DNA of 64,000 nt, taken from positions 992,001 to 1,056,000 of the forward strand of contig CAVNZM010000002.1 in NCBI GenBank assembly GCA_963693365.1. Direction: 5' to 3'. Made by a program: the position numbers and the translations under genes. This document shows positions 45,624 through 60,931 of this stretch, piece after piece. The notes below the pieces were generated by a model. That model was not told the origin of the DNA. It worked only from the letters and a program-made list of their open reading frames with translations, and did no database searches. The number at the start of each line of letters is the position of its first letter. Position 1 is the first letter of the stretch. This DNA comes from Amoebidium appalachense (taxonomy: Eukaryota; Protista; Ichthyosporea).

Positions 45624-47019
45624 ACACACACACACACCCCTACCCCATATCTTGCATCCCCCCCCCCCCCCCATTCTCTCGACACACACACACACTCCCC
45701 TACCCCATATCTTCAGTCCCCCGTACCCCCCCCCCCTCCTACTCACTGCACCCGGTCCTCTTCCCCAGTAACCATAACATCTCAGGACAATCAAGCATCC
45801 ATGCCCCCTGCCATTTTCTCACCCTTGGCACTAGCCACTCAATGCCATCCGTGCCAACCCCCCCCCCCCCAGGCAGGCATGACCAGCACGTACCGTAGAG
45901 ATAGACTGTGCCTGCGTTGTCGTACGTGTCCACGGACCTGACTGCGCCTATGTGGCCCACATGGTCCCCCTCCACCACCTTGACCTCCACACCCTCCAGC
46001 AGCCACAGCGAGTCTGCACAACCACGGTCACATGTCATGTTTGGTCCAGAAAACACAAAGAACCCCCCCCCCCCCCCCCCCCCCACCTCTCTCTCTCTCT
46101 CTCCCCCCCCCCCCCCCCCCCCCCCTCCCCCCTCCCACACACACCTACACGCATATCACATACCCACCAGAAAAGGGAGTAAAACGTAATGGAAAAAGAC
46201 ACGAAGAAATTGAAAGAAAGAAAAAGACAACAAAAAGCACAATTATCCAGTACAGGTCCTGTGGATATGCCACTGGTGCCATCAACCCAATTAAATGCAG
46301 TGATTGCAATCCCCCCCCCCTCCCCCCCTCCACTCTCTGTGAGGAACACCCTTAGCCATGCACCTTCCCAAGCGGAACCTTCCAACACCCAATCGCTATG
46401 CCTTCACTTGAGTCCAATGGACCCACACAGCCATCCATTTAGCAACAGATGCGGGGCGCCTACCGTCATAGGTGCCGGGGGTCTCGGGAATGCCCGGGGT
46501 GATGGGGTTGCCTGCACGACAAAGAAGAAGTCAGGAAACACTCAAAAGTGAACACACAATAAACACATACTCTCTAAAATCGACCTCTGGTTCACCATAC
46601 AGTAAACACTGACATCTACTTCACGGATAGTGTACAGGAATCGCAGATTTGTTTTGTTACAACTAAGAAGGGCTCAGTAGTTCCAAATTGCAGTCACTTG
46701 GGCTCGGGAAGGCCATTTTGGAGCTGGGGACCCTCAAAAAAACGGGAGGCGGGAGGGGGGGGGGGGAGGAGGGGGAGAGTTTACCTGGGGTGTCATATCC
46801 ACCCGGGGTGTTGAGGTAGTTGCCTGCATGGTGACATCACATGCGTTAGTGCACCCTTTTAGGCAAGTAGTCGGTGTGAACAACACAGACTGTTCTACGA
46901 TATTTCACATCAAATTAAAATAGCACCCAAGGGATGCGATGAGTTGTTTGTGCTGAATAACTCACTCATCCATCCATCCACCCACCCACCCACCCACACG
47001 CCCGCCTTTCCAATGCGCC

Positions 47020-47056
<37 letters not shown>

Positions 47057-47391
47057 CCCCCCCCCCCCACACACCTGGCGTGGTGGGGTTGTATCCACCG
47101 GGAGTAGTCATGTCGTAGCCCTGGCCGGGGGTGGCTGGATTGTAGCCACCGGCAGGTGTGGCCGGATTGTAGCTGTGGATAATGCGTTAGATGCATTAGA
47201 AGAACGTTGGAAACACATTGCTTATTCCGGAGAGTTGAGAAGGAATGCAGGGGTACAGCAGTGAGAAATGGTGTCATGTTGTGGGCTCAATGGTGCGCGT
47301 GTGGATGTGTCTGTACGTGTATGCATATGTGGTAGCCGTAGTGCTGCTTAGAAGAGCGGGAGGAGGAGAGGCAGGGGATATGTGTGTGTGT

Positions 47392-47443
<52 letters not shown>

Positions 47444-48263
47444 AGGATGTGACAGATAGCAAGGGGCATGAACATTAACAGGATGGCACTCACCCTGCAG
47501 GGGTGTGTGGGTTGTAGCCGCCAGGTGTGACGGGGTTGTACGAGCCGGGGGTGGTTGTGGTGTCGAGACCCGGTGTCTGCCTGTAGCAATGCAAATGGAA
47601 CATCAGCATCCAGTGGAGATGTGTGCACACAGGTACAACCCAGGAAGGGAAACAATACAAGGCCAAGGGGGTGGATCAACGGGACAAAGGAGCACAGGCT
47701 ATGTGCTCGTATGATGGCATAGGCCGAAGGCAGAACATAAACATCCAACCTAGAACGTCGAAAGGGAAGCAGACCAGCAGGGGGGGGGGGGGGGGGGGTA
47801 TGTACGGGTTGTAGCTTCCAGGAGTAGTTGGGTTGTAGCTGCCCGGTGTGGTGGGGTTGAAGCTGTAGCTGCCGGGGGTTGTCGGGTGCTCGGATGGCGT
47901 GTACGTCTGCCCCGTGCCCATATGTGAGTGCCCTCCCATCTGTCTCTGCCTGCCATGCACGTGCAAACCACAGACAGGCACATGTCCCCCCCCCTCCCCC
48001 CCTTGCCCTGTGATGATCACCCTTTGTACGTGCAATATTCGAGCAGAGAGGTGCAAACGTACCCCCCCGTGGGCACCCACCGTGCCATGCCTACATTGAA
48101 AACACGTGCATGCATGCACGTACCTCCCTAGCGGGTGTGTCGTCGTAACTGCTGTACTCTGATCCAGGGGTGACCGGCCCACCAGGTGTGTTGATGTTGG
48201 ATGGGTCCCAGGCACTGGGGCAATGAGATTCAGCACAAGCACACACACACACACACCCTGCAT

Positions 48264-48322
<59 letters not shown>

Positions 48323-48841
48323 CGCCTACAGACACTGAATCACACACACAGAATTACACCCACATGGACACACCCACCCACCCACCCACCCGCACGCACA
48401 CACACACGCACGAACAAATGTGCAGCACGCACCCGGCGGACGATGGAGTCATTGAGCCCTCTGGGCGGGGGGTCATAGCGGCATTTGGTGTCTGGTTGCC
48501 GTATGCCGGGGTGGCCCCGCCATAGGCCGGTGTCTGGCTGCCGTAGCGTGGTGTCTGTCATGAAACTTATCAGATTCCGTGCTCTCCCGCTTCCCCCCTT
48601 CCCCCCTTCCCTCCCCCCTCCCCCCCCCCCCCCCCGGGGGCGTTTCCCTTTCCCTCCCTGTCTATCTTGTTCCGGCACGGACTGAAGTCCCGATTACCCA
48701 TCCACAAGGTCTCACAAGAGCAAAAATCAATGCCACCATTTCTGTTCCCGATTTCACACCCAAAAATAACTCCATATTACACAACAGCACATATGTTAGC
48801 GCACACCCACCCACCCACACACCCCTCCACACGCAAATGCG

Positions 48842-48872
<31 letters not shown>

Positions 48873-48915
48873 GTGCAACCACACCTACACACACACAAAC
48901 ACCTACACACACACA

Positions 48916-49010
<95 letters not shown>

Positions 49011-49975
49011 GGCTGCCTGCTGCCGGTGTGCGTGAGCCGTAGCCGCCTCTGCCCCTGCCCATGCCTCCCATTGCATCCCCACCCTCCATTTTGGACCCGT
49101 CCGCACTGCAGGTCATATGCCCTTAGTCTTTTGCTCACAAACTCAAATTCCCCCCCCCCCCCCCCCCCCCCCCCCCTTCTCCCCGAACTCTTAATCCACC
49201 CTCCCACACACACACACACATACACACACATTCCCTGCCAGCTTGTTATCCGCAGGTCTTCAACCACTCCGAAACTCCCTCAAACTACTTCCCCAATCTT
49301 CATCAAACCACCCACAAACAATCACTACAACTATCCTCCGTCTCTACCCCACACCCTCCACTCCCCGTCAAAACCCCAAAGCTACCCACTCCTTCTATCC
49401 GCTTCCCTCAGCTCGACCAAAACCCCCTCAATTTCACAGCAACACAACACCAACACTGCCTCTCCCCCTCCCCCCCCCCCCCCAAAACACACACACAACC
49501 CCACCTACGCATCCACCCACACGCACGTACTTTCTCAGCTGCAGCTTTTCCCTGTCTATGGTGACCGTGAGGTTTCTGGAGTGAAGCTCCACCCGTGCCG
49601 TGGTCTCAGTGCACTCTCTGACGATGCCTATCAGCCCCTTGTGTGGTCCCCCCCTGATCGACACCGTGGCATGCAGCAGCGTATCTCGGCCACGGCCCCG
49701 TCCCCTGCCCCCTCGGCCCCCTCGACCCCGATCCATGCCTCCTGGGAAAGAAGCCCCCCAAAAGTCAAAATTACAGACACAAGCAAATGCCCAAGAAAAG
49801 CGACCCATTTGCCTGTCTCCTGTTAGCGGCCACCTCCCATACATACAGTGAATCATGATACGCCACACAATGAAACTCAGGATATGGGTGTGACCTAATA
49901 CCCATCACACGGTGTATACTTGCTAGACCAAGGATCACATGCATTTGCCGTGCTTGACCTCTCTTAGCATATATA

Positions 49976-50006
<31 letters not shown>

Positions 50007-53000
50007 CCACATGGATTCCCCTGGGGACTGGCATGCCTTGGCACTGCGAGCATGAACATGTGGCATTGGGGCTTGTACAGTCAGTGTGTGTTGGAGCAAG
50101 AAAGAACAAGGTAGAGGTGAAATTGTAGGGGATGTGACAAAGACTTACCAAAGCCGCCGCGTGGGGACTGTGGCACTAGACCCATGCCACCAAACCCACC
50201 CTGCAGACCCATTGCACCATTAGCACTACGGCCACGGCCAAAAAGGGTGCCGGCCACACATAGGCACAGCCACCAATAGCTAAACCACCACCAAATACAA
50301 GCTAGAATATGATACACCAAATAGCAACAGCCAAGCCACTATAGTATCATGAGCACGACAGCATTCATAGAAAAAGTGAACATTTCATACACCTACCATC
50401 CAGTTGTTTGTGGCCTTCCAGACAAGGACAGCCAGCCACTAAGCACAAGACAAAGCAATGCCCCATATGCACTTACTACAGTCAGGCACTGTATGCACAT
50501 GCATTCACTGCTTGCACACACCACCATGCTCTTCCCACTTGTGCAACATAAAAACTCCATGCTAATCCCCAACCCTACCACAGTCTTTCCTAGCGATATC
50601 GCACAGTTAGCCGCACCCACATATGCACACACCACACTCATACACTGCTCATTCAAAGATACCCCGACATCCTATCCCCTCCTCCATCCCCTCCCTCCCC
50701 ATTCCCCATCCCTCCCACACCCCGATCAACCAACCACCCCCATCCACCCACACCACACCCACCTGCCCGCCCGGCTTTCCACCGGCCAGCAAGCACTGCT
50801 TTGCGCGGACCACAAAGATGCCTCCGTTCTCGAGCTGCTCGTGGCTGTGCAGGAAGACAAATGCCCTGAAGATGTGCTTGACCGTGCCCTTACGGCCCTT
50901 GAACACCCCGTCCACCACGGACACCTGGTCGTCCACACTGATGCTGTTGTGCCCGTTGTCAAGGGCCACGGCATTGCGCCCACCCTTCTTGGGCGTCACC
51001 TGTGCATAGTGCAAACACATGGGTCAGCATGTGCTGGGTATAAAGGGTGATTTGTACACGTGGTAACATTGGGCCTGGGCAGCTCTTTATTGGCCGTACA
51101 TGAAAGGTAGCGGCACCCGCAACTGTTTTCTTCCAAACATCGTCGCATTGCCTTACAGGCTCGCATGCGTCAAGACTCTCCTACTCTTTCCCTAAGTCTC
51201 TACCCGTTCACGTGCAATGTAACCCATTGTAAAATAGTATAAAGAGGAAGTGTGTGCATGTGCCTGTCTCTCTCCTTTCCCTGTCTCTCTTTCTGTATGT
51301 GTGCGTGTGTGTGGGGAAGAGAGCGTCTGTGTGAGGGAGAAGCGTGCGGGGTGTGTGAGTATACGTGTGTGTGTCTGTGAGTGTGAGTGTGAGTGTGAGT
51401 GTGTGTGCGCGCACACGTGTGTGCGTGTGTCTATGTGCATGCGTGTGCCTCTGTGTGTCTGTGCTCCCGGGTTTCTGCTTGTGTGTGTGTGTATGTGCAC
51501 GCGTGAGTGGTAATATTCACTGAGTGCTGGCCCAGGCATACCTCCTGGGGCCGGAATCTCTTGACCACACCCTGCTGGTCCATAATCTTGAGCCCCTCCT
51601 TCTCCATCTTGACGATCACCCCGACATTGTGCGGGCTGGGGGAGTCACATGGTCAATACACAAGGCAAGGCGTAACCCCATAGATGTGTCCGCGGCTCAG
51701 ATTGTGGATTAAAAGCTAGCAGGCCTGGATCGACGAAATGGGCCCGAATCCCTTTTCATCCATAAAAATCATTGTATTCTATGCACTATAAGCCTAACAA
51801 ACTTAGGCTTAAAACGCGAAGAATTAAAAGACCTTTTTATTGACACCATTCGTTGCTTGGCGCCACAAAAAAACATGAACTTTTAATAAGTATGACTTGG
51901 TTTGTAGCCAAAACGCCGCTGGCGCCGGCGGCGTTAGAAGTTCAAACTGCCATCCGATGAGATGCCGCCAGGGGGAGCCTACGAATTCGAGCTGACACAT
52001 TTGATTGGTCAATTTAGATAGACAGTCCAACATTTCGAATTGCGGTTATATGAAAGGGTGTGCATTAACGTTTTACTTAGTGAAAGTTTGGATGTTAATT
52101 TATTATGTAACAAAACTTGGTACTAAAATGAGCGCCTTTGTTTTCTGCGTATTTTAAATTAAGCATGTATGGGGCTTTGACAGCTGTAGCGGCTGAAATA
52201 TTGAATAAAATGCTGGCGACATACGCCATTATCGATCTGGGCCTGCTAGCGTCTATTCCGTCGAATTTGGTCCTGGGCGGCCGCGGACACATCTATTATC
52301 TAGATGGCATGTGACCCCCCACAGCTTCTTCCCAAAGAAACATAGTCCTCATAGGAGGTCCATCAAACCCTTTTCGTTCACTGTTGCTAACGGTGCCCTC
52401 CAGCCAAGGCAGGCACCTCTCCCTCAATCTTAACCTTGGGCTGGCAAAGGTGACTTCGGGTGGTTGTTCTTCGCCAAGAGGCCCCAATGCCAGGTGGGGG
52501 GAAGGTGGGATATGGTGCTAGCACCGAAAGAGAATGTGTGTGTGTGTATGTGGTGTGCATGTGTGTGCATATGTGCGTGTGCATGCGCCTGCATGGTTTA
52601 TGCATGGTTATGTGTAGAGCACTGCGCCCGCAAGTGCCCGTGGACGCATGCATGTGTGTGTGTGTGTTTGGTACGCACTTGATCTGGACCAGGTCGTAGA
52701 GGACAAACTGGCCGAGGGTATCCAGGCCAGTGCTCACCTCCAGCGCCAGCTGCACGTCCTTGTTGAACACCTTGATCTGCAGCCAATCAACTGTCAGCAC
52801 GTGTGGACACACCCACCAATGCCGCCAAGCATGCAAGCACACGAAGTGCATCCCAAGCATACGAGCCATGCCCATCTGTGTGCCAGCGCTTTACCACTTG
52901 ACCACATGCCACAAAACACACTGACACAATGCCATGCCCCAAGCACGGAGCTCACAACGCACCAACACACAGTAGCACACACAGTCCTTGATCCCCACAG

Positions 53001-53187
53001 CTATCAACCATCAGCTCCGTCCACTCCATTCCTCCCCTTCCTTCCCCCACCCTCTCAGCTTTCCCTTCCTCCCACGTCGCCCTCAATCTCATCCCCCCTC
53101 CCCCCCCCCCCCCCTGCCCCCCTCTCCCCATATCAACCACAACTAATCCGCACCCACTATCTTCCCCCTTCCTCCCCTACTCCTCCC

Positions 53188-53223
<36 letters not shown>

Positions 53224-53326
53224 CCCCGAGGGGGCAGCCCTTCATTTTCCCCTATTACCTCTCCCAACCCACCCCAATCGACCTTGTCTCCCATGCCCCC
53301 CTTCCGCTCTTTTTCCTCTTTATGCA

Positions 53327-53376
<50 letters not shown>

Positions 53377-53572
53377 ACACCTCGTCCATGCTTGTGTCGC
53401 CAAAGATGACCACGTGGTTCTCCTCCACTCTCACAATCAGACCAGTCTCCCCCTCGTGCACACCGTTGATCACCTGCCCCCACATGTCAGACCTCCGCCC
53501 CCCCAAAATGAAAACACCCGGAAAAATCCCTGTTTCCTGGACACATCGACACCCCCCTTCCCCTCCTCCCCT

Positions 53573-53608
<36 letters not shown>

Positions 53609-53872
53609 ACCCACCCACCCACCCACCCAAAAAAAACAAAAAAAAACAAAAAAAAAAAAAAACAAAAAACAAAACAAAGCCAAACAATAGAAAAGGCACC
53701 ATCAACACTCCCCCCACCTCCACTGCCAGCCCATCTCACCTTACACCTTCTGACCGTGCATTTGCTTGCTCGAGACCAAACCAACCCACCATCCACTGTG
53801 GTCTTAGGCACATGTACCCTAGTTTCTGGGCCTACTCTTTCTGTCCTGCTGCTTTTAATCTCTTCATCAGCA

Positions 53873-53933
<61 letters not shown>

Positions 53934-54064
53934 CCCTAGTTTCTGAGCCTACTCTTTCTGTCCTGCTTTCTTTTAATCTATTTATCAGCATCATATATAT
54001 ATATTACCCTAGTTTCTGAGCCTACTCTTTCTGTCCTGCTTTCTTTTAATCTCTTCATCAGCAT

Positions 54065-54098
<34 letters not shown>

Positions 54099-54156
54099 AC
54101 CCTAGTTTCTGAGCCTACTCTTTCTGTCCTGCTTTCTTTTAATCTCTTTATCAGCA

Positions 54157-54231
<75 letters not shown>

Positions 54232-54310
54232 CCCTAGTTTCTGAGCCTACTCTTTCAGTCCTCCTTTCTTTTAATCTCTTCATCAGCATCATATATATAT
54301 ATATATATAC

Positions 54311-54356
<46 letters not shown>

Positions 54357-54917
54357 CCCTAGTTTCTGAGCCTACTCTTTCTGTCCTGCTTTCTTTAAAT
54401 CTCTTTATCAGCATCATATATATATATTACCCTAGTTTCTGAGCCTACTCTTTCTGTCCTGCTTTCTTTTAATCTCTTCATCAGCATCATATATATATAT
54501 ATTACCCTAGTTTCTGAGCCTACTCTTTCTGTCCTGCTTTCTTTTAACCTCTTTATCAGCATCATATATATATATATATATTAGATGCACTCCCACCGGT
54601 ACTACTATTGCTACACCTCTTACCTCTACCACCACCACCACCACCACCACCACCGACCTTTTTATTACTATTTCTGTTATGTCTCGTTTCGTTTTATTAT
54701 TATTATTATTATTTTTTGCCGAAGTAAGGGGGGGGGGGGGGGGGGGGGGAGGGTTGAATGTGGAACACGGTACGAAGTACACATACACGATGAGAAACAT
54801 GGTGCAGGACACATGCAAAGGCAAACATTTCAGTATGTAATATCAGCAATGCGCACAGTATGCGTCATAACCAGAGCCCATCCTCAGGAAGGGCCTAAGT
54901 CATCAATTGCGATTGAG

Positions 54918-54949
<32 letters not shown>

Positions 54950-56088
54950 GGGGGTGGGGGGGGATCATACCTTGACGTGGTCACCAGTCTTGAAGTAGCG
55001 CTTCAACTCGCTGGGCTTGAAGCTGTAGAGTTTCTGCAGTGCACCCAGTCACTACTTGCATGATACATCGTACATGCACATGCACATGCATATGCAGTGC
55101 ACCCAGTCACTACTTGCATGATGCAAATCACATGCACAAGCATAAGGCACAACACACGGGCAGATCAAGACTGTGTGCAAGTGTAAAAAAAATTTGTGCT
55201 TGTCTTGTGCACAAGAGATGACTCGTCTGGCCATGCATCACCACGCATGCACGCACGCACACATGCACGCACGCACGCACGCATGCACCTCACTCACTTG
55301 GTCGCTCCTGATCCGAATGCACAGGCACAGGCAAGCACACGGGAGTGGACAAACATGTCAGGTACCCTTATCATGAAATATGCTTGCGGTATGCACAGTG
55401 CAGGGCATCTCGTGTGCATGTAGTTGCGTGTACGTACGGTTATATACATGCACAAGTATATTGCATATGAATATTGGCATATATGGTGCATGTGCAGAAG
55501 CGTATGTGAGCACATTTGCATGTGCAAATGAGTGTACATTCAGCGTATATCTGCACGTGTATGCCTGTATATGGCACGTACATCTGCAATCTGCTTGAGC
55601 TGTGGTCTGACGTTGATGCTGTCAGCCGTGATGGACTCGACCACACCGACCAGGTTGGCCAATTCACCCTGCACCACCATCACCATGTCGTTCTTCTGGA
55701 ATGATACCTCGGTGCTCTTGCTGCTCCCTGAAAAAAAAAAAGAAAAAAAAAAGTGTCACTTATCCCCCCCCCCCCCCCCCCTCCCCCCCCCCTAAACACA
55801 CACGCATACACACATCACCACCTCCATCACCCACCCGGGGCACCATCAACACACACCTTACCACAGCAGGCCAAGTCCACATACACGCCATGCACCACCA
55901 GGCCTAACCCCCACATGCACCACCCCCTACGTTCTTGCCCTCCGTCACCTCCTCAATTCCTCTTTGTTCTTTTTTTCTTTTCTTGCTGCCACTGCTACCT
56001 CGCGTTCCAAAAAAGCAGCCCCCCCATCTTCCCCACCCCCCCCCCCCACCCCCCCCTCTTCCCCCCAAAATGAACACTCGTGTGCACA

Positions 56089-56177
<89 letters not shown>

Positions 56178-56757
56178 TTTACTTCCACGTCCAATTACGT
56201 GCTCCGACTCCATGTGAAGGTCTGCCTGTGATCCCCCCCCCCCCCCCCCCCAAAAAAAAAAAAAAAAAAAACATGCGGTGCGTACCGACAGTGCTTGAGT
56301 CACTGGCCTTGAACTTGCGCAACTCATCCAGGGTGGGCTCCACACCGTCAATCATCTGCAAAGCAGACCACCAGAGTCGGCATGCATTCACTCACCAGCC
56401 AAAAGCAGCACAAAGCCAATCGTTTTGTAAGTGGATACGCCACAGCAATGCACACAACGACAACCAGGGGCTGTCATGAACCCATGCCGTGACCAATAGC
56501 CCACACACCCACACACACAAACAGGCAGCAAGTAGCCGTGGCCCTGCCTGGGTGCATGCACGTGACTTCCTTGGATCGTGCATCCGTCATCCCCATGAGA
56601 CCTTATGAAACCTCAATTGTTGGGGCTTTGGTCTTTCTCAATTTCCATTTTCTTTTTCTTTCTTCTCTTCCCCCTCTTCCTTTTTTTGTTTTTGTGCATG
56701 TAAGGGGGTAGGGGGGGACGGGGGTACATACACGTGTGCCTGTGTGTGTGCCTGTGT

Positions 56758-56788
<31 letters not shown>

Positions 56789-57279
56789 GGGGGGAGGGCT
56801 GGGAGGGGAGGAGGGTTAAAAAGTACCAGCGCATTCATGGGGAAGGTCTTGACGAGGTAGCCGTCTCTGAACTTGCCGCCCTCAAACACCAGCATGTTGC
56901 CTCGGCCCGTCACCTCCCCACCGGCCTTGCGCACCTCATCGGGGTCAAAGAGCCGCTGGGGGGGACGCTTGCCTCCAGGGAGCACACCACCACGTTTGCG
57001 CTTGAGAATTTCCTCCTGTGAGAACCAAAACATACATGCATCTTAGGTGGTGTCTGTGTGGTGGCTTAGGGTGCATAGGTCGAGACCTGGGCAACACTAT
57101 ACGACATGGATTACGGGCTAACAGTGCTTCGAAGCATTGATTCAACTTTAGTGAAAAGCACGAGGAAAAAACGTTGAAAAGCCATCGACCCGTAACAGAC
57201 ATGATAAATGATACGAGATTAAAAGGCAAACTGGTGGGTGGAAGGCACTATATTTAGAGAGGTGGGTGGTTGTGTGTGG

Positions 57280-57329
<50 letters not shown>

Positions 57330-57754
57330 GTGTGCGTGTGTGTGCGCACGTGCGTGGGCGTGGTTTCTTTTTTTTTTAAAGGAGGACGAGGGGAAGAGGG
57401 GGTACGTGGTCACACCCCAAAGGCCAGCTGCAAGCAGCAAGAACAGGGGGATCAAGGGGGCCATATTGAGACCCACACCAAATGAAGTGCGGCGAAGGAA
57501 AATATGTCGAGTAAGGGTCGAGAAAGAAGCAAGATATTATGCATTTCGAAGCAAGAAAAAATCGAGTCCACCAGCCTCCGAGCACAACAGGTCTGCTCGG
57601 TTACCTTTGATGATGCGGCCTTGCCGATGGCGTCGTAGTCTATGCGGGGCAGCATCTTGATGGTCACCGTGCCCCGTGTCTCGTCACACTGCACCACCTG
57701 CACACACATACACACAGGCGTATTACTGCCCGTGCATCTCCTGCTCCCATCCTT

Positions 57755-57792
<38 letters not shown>

Positions 57793-59091
57793 TTCCCCCC
57801 ATCCCATAGAAAAAAGGGTATGTTTACACCCAGCCAGTCACACAGTCTCTTACACTCACCCACACAGTAAAAACCATGATCGCTGCAGTTGGCCTCCAAC
57901 CCCAAACTCTATCATACCCATCAGAACACAGCACCCCCCCTCCCCCCCCCCCCCCCCCCCCCCCCCCCCGGGGGCCCCCAAAGGACCCCAGAAGGAAAAA
58001 CAAAAGGCCCCGAAAACACACACTTTCCTTCGAAAACTCTATGCAGCCTTCTCACCCCTCCACCCCCCATCCCAGCAGATACTAATAATAGTAACAAACA
58101 TACCTGGGCAATGTCGTCCCTGTACAGCACGCCTCTCCTCACACGCACCCAGGCACCCGTAGGCACTAGCTCCACCTTGCGCACACACGACATCACCTGC
58201 TCACACACCGTTAGATTCTTGCAGGAAAAAGCGACTTATAGTGATGTTAGCTGCTCAAGTAAAATTTGAGACGAACTATTGCAACCAACATGGCCGGAAA
58301 GAAGCTATCTGTAAACCACTATGCATAGACTGCTGCTTGGCATCACTCTATGCGGTGATACTTCGTTTCCTTTCATGTGTCAAGCAAGCTACACACTATC
58401 CAGCACACCACATCATCCCATTCTCCTCCAATTGAAAACATATCAGCCATCACCTTGCTCTTTCCCCACTAACAGCCCCTTCCACTATCCCTCCCCCTCC
58501 CCCCAAAGAGCGTGTGTGCACACAGACGCAGGCACACACGCGCACACAGACACACACCCTGTTCCTGAACCGTCATCCACTATTAACCCACCCCTCCTCC
58601 TGACAATCTACTCCATAGGAGGGGTTCATATTTCAACGACACACACGTACCGCGACCATCTCCTCCGTGGGCACCAAGTTCTGCTTGAACTGGCCGTAGC
58701 GCAGTGCCTGCAGACCCTTGACGGCCTGTTACCGTACATGCACATGTCAGCACATGGACACGACCATCATAGCGCTATCCTATCATCAGGCGCCTCCCCT
58801 CCCCTCCCCTCTCCCCCTACCCCTCTCCGCCTCCCCCCCACGAACAAGCAGATAAAGGAAAGCATTCACACGCACACATCTCTTCCTTCCCCGACCAAAC
58901 ACCAAACACAAAAAAACGTCCTTCTCTGTCCCACCCCCCCCTTCCCTTCCCCCCCCCAACCCTCTTTCCCGCAACACACCCAACCCCCCTACCCCCTGCC
59001 CCCGCTTCTCCCCCTCCCTTCCCTCCTCCCCCCCCCCCCCCCCCTCCCACCCACCCACCCACCCACCCCCACGGGCCAACCCAAAAGAAAC

Positions 59092-59136
<45 letters not shown>

Positions 59137-59438
59137 GTGCCACGTGAGCCTGCTTAAAGGCCTCGACGTAGATGTGGCCCTTGAGGTTTTCCACGGCCAC
59201 CACGGACTTGATCAGCAGCGGCTCCTCGCTGTACTCCAGCTCCAGGTACTTGCGCATCAGTGCAATCGCTACCTCCTTCTCACGCCCAGGCTGTGGAAAA
59301 AAAAGTGTTGTGTTGGATAAACACACGGAAACCTTGTTAGAAAAACGGACAGAAGAGGTGTCACCTTCGAGGTCCGCTTGAATGAACACAAATAGCGGAG
59401 GGGGGGGGGGGGGGGGGGGAGGGGAGGGGGAGGGGGGG

Positions 59439-59479
<41 letters not shown>

Positions 59480-60855
59480 AAGAGAGTGTGTGTGTGTCTG
59501 TACGTGTGTGTGCGCGCGCGTGCCCCCGCACGCGCACGTGCATGCGTGTGCGTGTTTGTGAGTGTTTGCTTGCTTGCATGTGTGCATGTGTGTGTTTTTT
59601 AGGGGAGGGATGGAGACGGAGAGTGACACACAGAGCCCAACAAGGACACAGGGAGATTACATTTTGTCCTGGCGAGGAAACAATGTAAACTTCTCTGGAA
59701 GCCAGTGTTCGTCTAAAACTCTGCACACATGATACATGTGTGCATATGTGTGGGGACGCCCCGTCGCGCATATGTGTGTGTGTGTGCATGTGCATGTGCA
59801 TGTGTGTGTGTGTGGTGTGTGTGTGTGTACATGGGTGTGTGCATGGGTGTGTGTGTATGTGTGTGTGTGTGTGTGTTTTGTGTGTGTGTGTGTGTAGAGG
59901 GTGCACACGCACCTGGCACTTGACCATCCACAGCTTGGGGTCTCTCACAGTGGGCAGCTTTCCCGCCTGCCTGATGGCCCGTGGCTGGGCCGCCTCAGCA
60001 TCGTCTGACGGCCCTACAGCACCCTCGGCATAGCGCCGCTCAAGGTCCTGCAAGAAAACAGGAACAGTCAGCACAAATCATGCTACTGTTGTGCGTGTAA
60101 ACATGAAAAAAATATCAGCTCTAGATTGTGTTAAATACAAAAACAGTAATAAAACAACACCCAAAACAGACCGTTACACACGTACATATTTGCATGATGT
60201 TGAAACAACAATCCACACCACCCCACACCTTCGATAGGAAAGGAAAATAATCGTGTGATGTTTAAACACAGCAAACCACACAAACTTGAACCGCCTGATG
60301 CACAAGGAACACGTTGCCTCATAGTGAAAACAAACCAACACACTTCACATCACACACCTACTAGTGTACAAGAACAAACAAGACCCGAGGATAGAGGTCA
60401 ACACAGCAATGAAAAGCGGAGCATCGGTGCCCCCTGCACATGCAGACGAGCAACACACACCTCCACGTTTGCGCGGTTTCTCCTCTCCCTCTCCTGTGCC
60501 CGTTTCCTCTGCATAGCACGCTCTTCCCTTTCGGCCTCGGCTGCATAACAGTACAGCCTGGTTAGTGCCTAGGTTCAAGTCACGACTAAGGGGGCATAAG
60601 TGCACGTTACGCGCGCACGGAGAAAAAAGAGGAGAGTGTAAGAAAGGAGGGAGGGGAGAGGAGGGGGAGGGGGGGGGGGGGGGAGGGGGATGGAGAGAGT
60701 GAGATAGAGGGAGGGAGAGGGCGGGGAAGAAGAGAAAGAGGAGTGCACAGGGGGAGATGAGGGGGGCGAGAGGGAGAGTGAAAGGGGGGGGGGGGGGGGA
60801 GGGGGGGAGAGAGAGAGAGAGGGAGCGAGGGAGGGAGGGGGGGGGGGGGGGGGGG

Positions 60856-60931
<76 letters not shown>

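Noticed and set aside
47070-47910. YNPTTPG repeats as an RNA polymerase II (RPB1) CTD
   Set aside because: The exons splice in frame between SPT5 KOW domains, and no RPB1 body is present.
53815-54581. CRISPR-like repeat-spacer appearance
   Set aside because: Spacers are only (TA)n/(CA)n of variable length, the repeat is 61 bp, there are no cas genes, and it lies in a spliceosomal intron.
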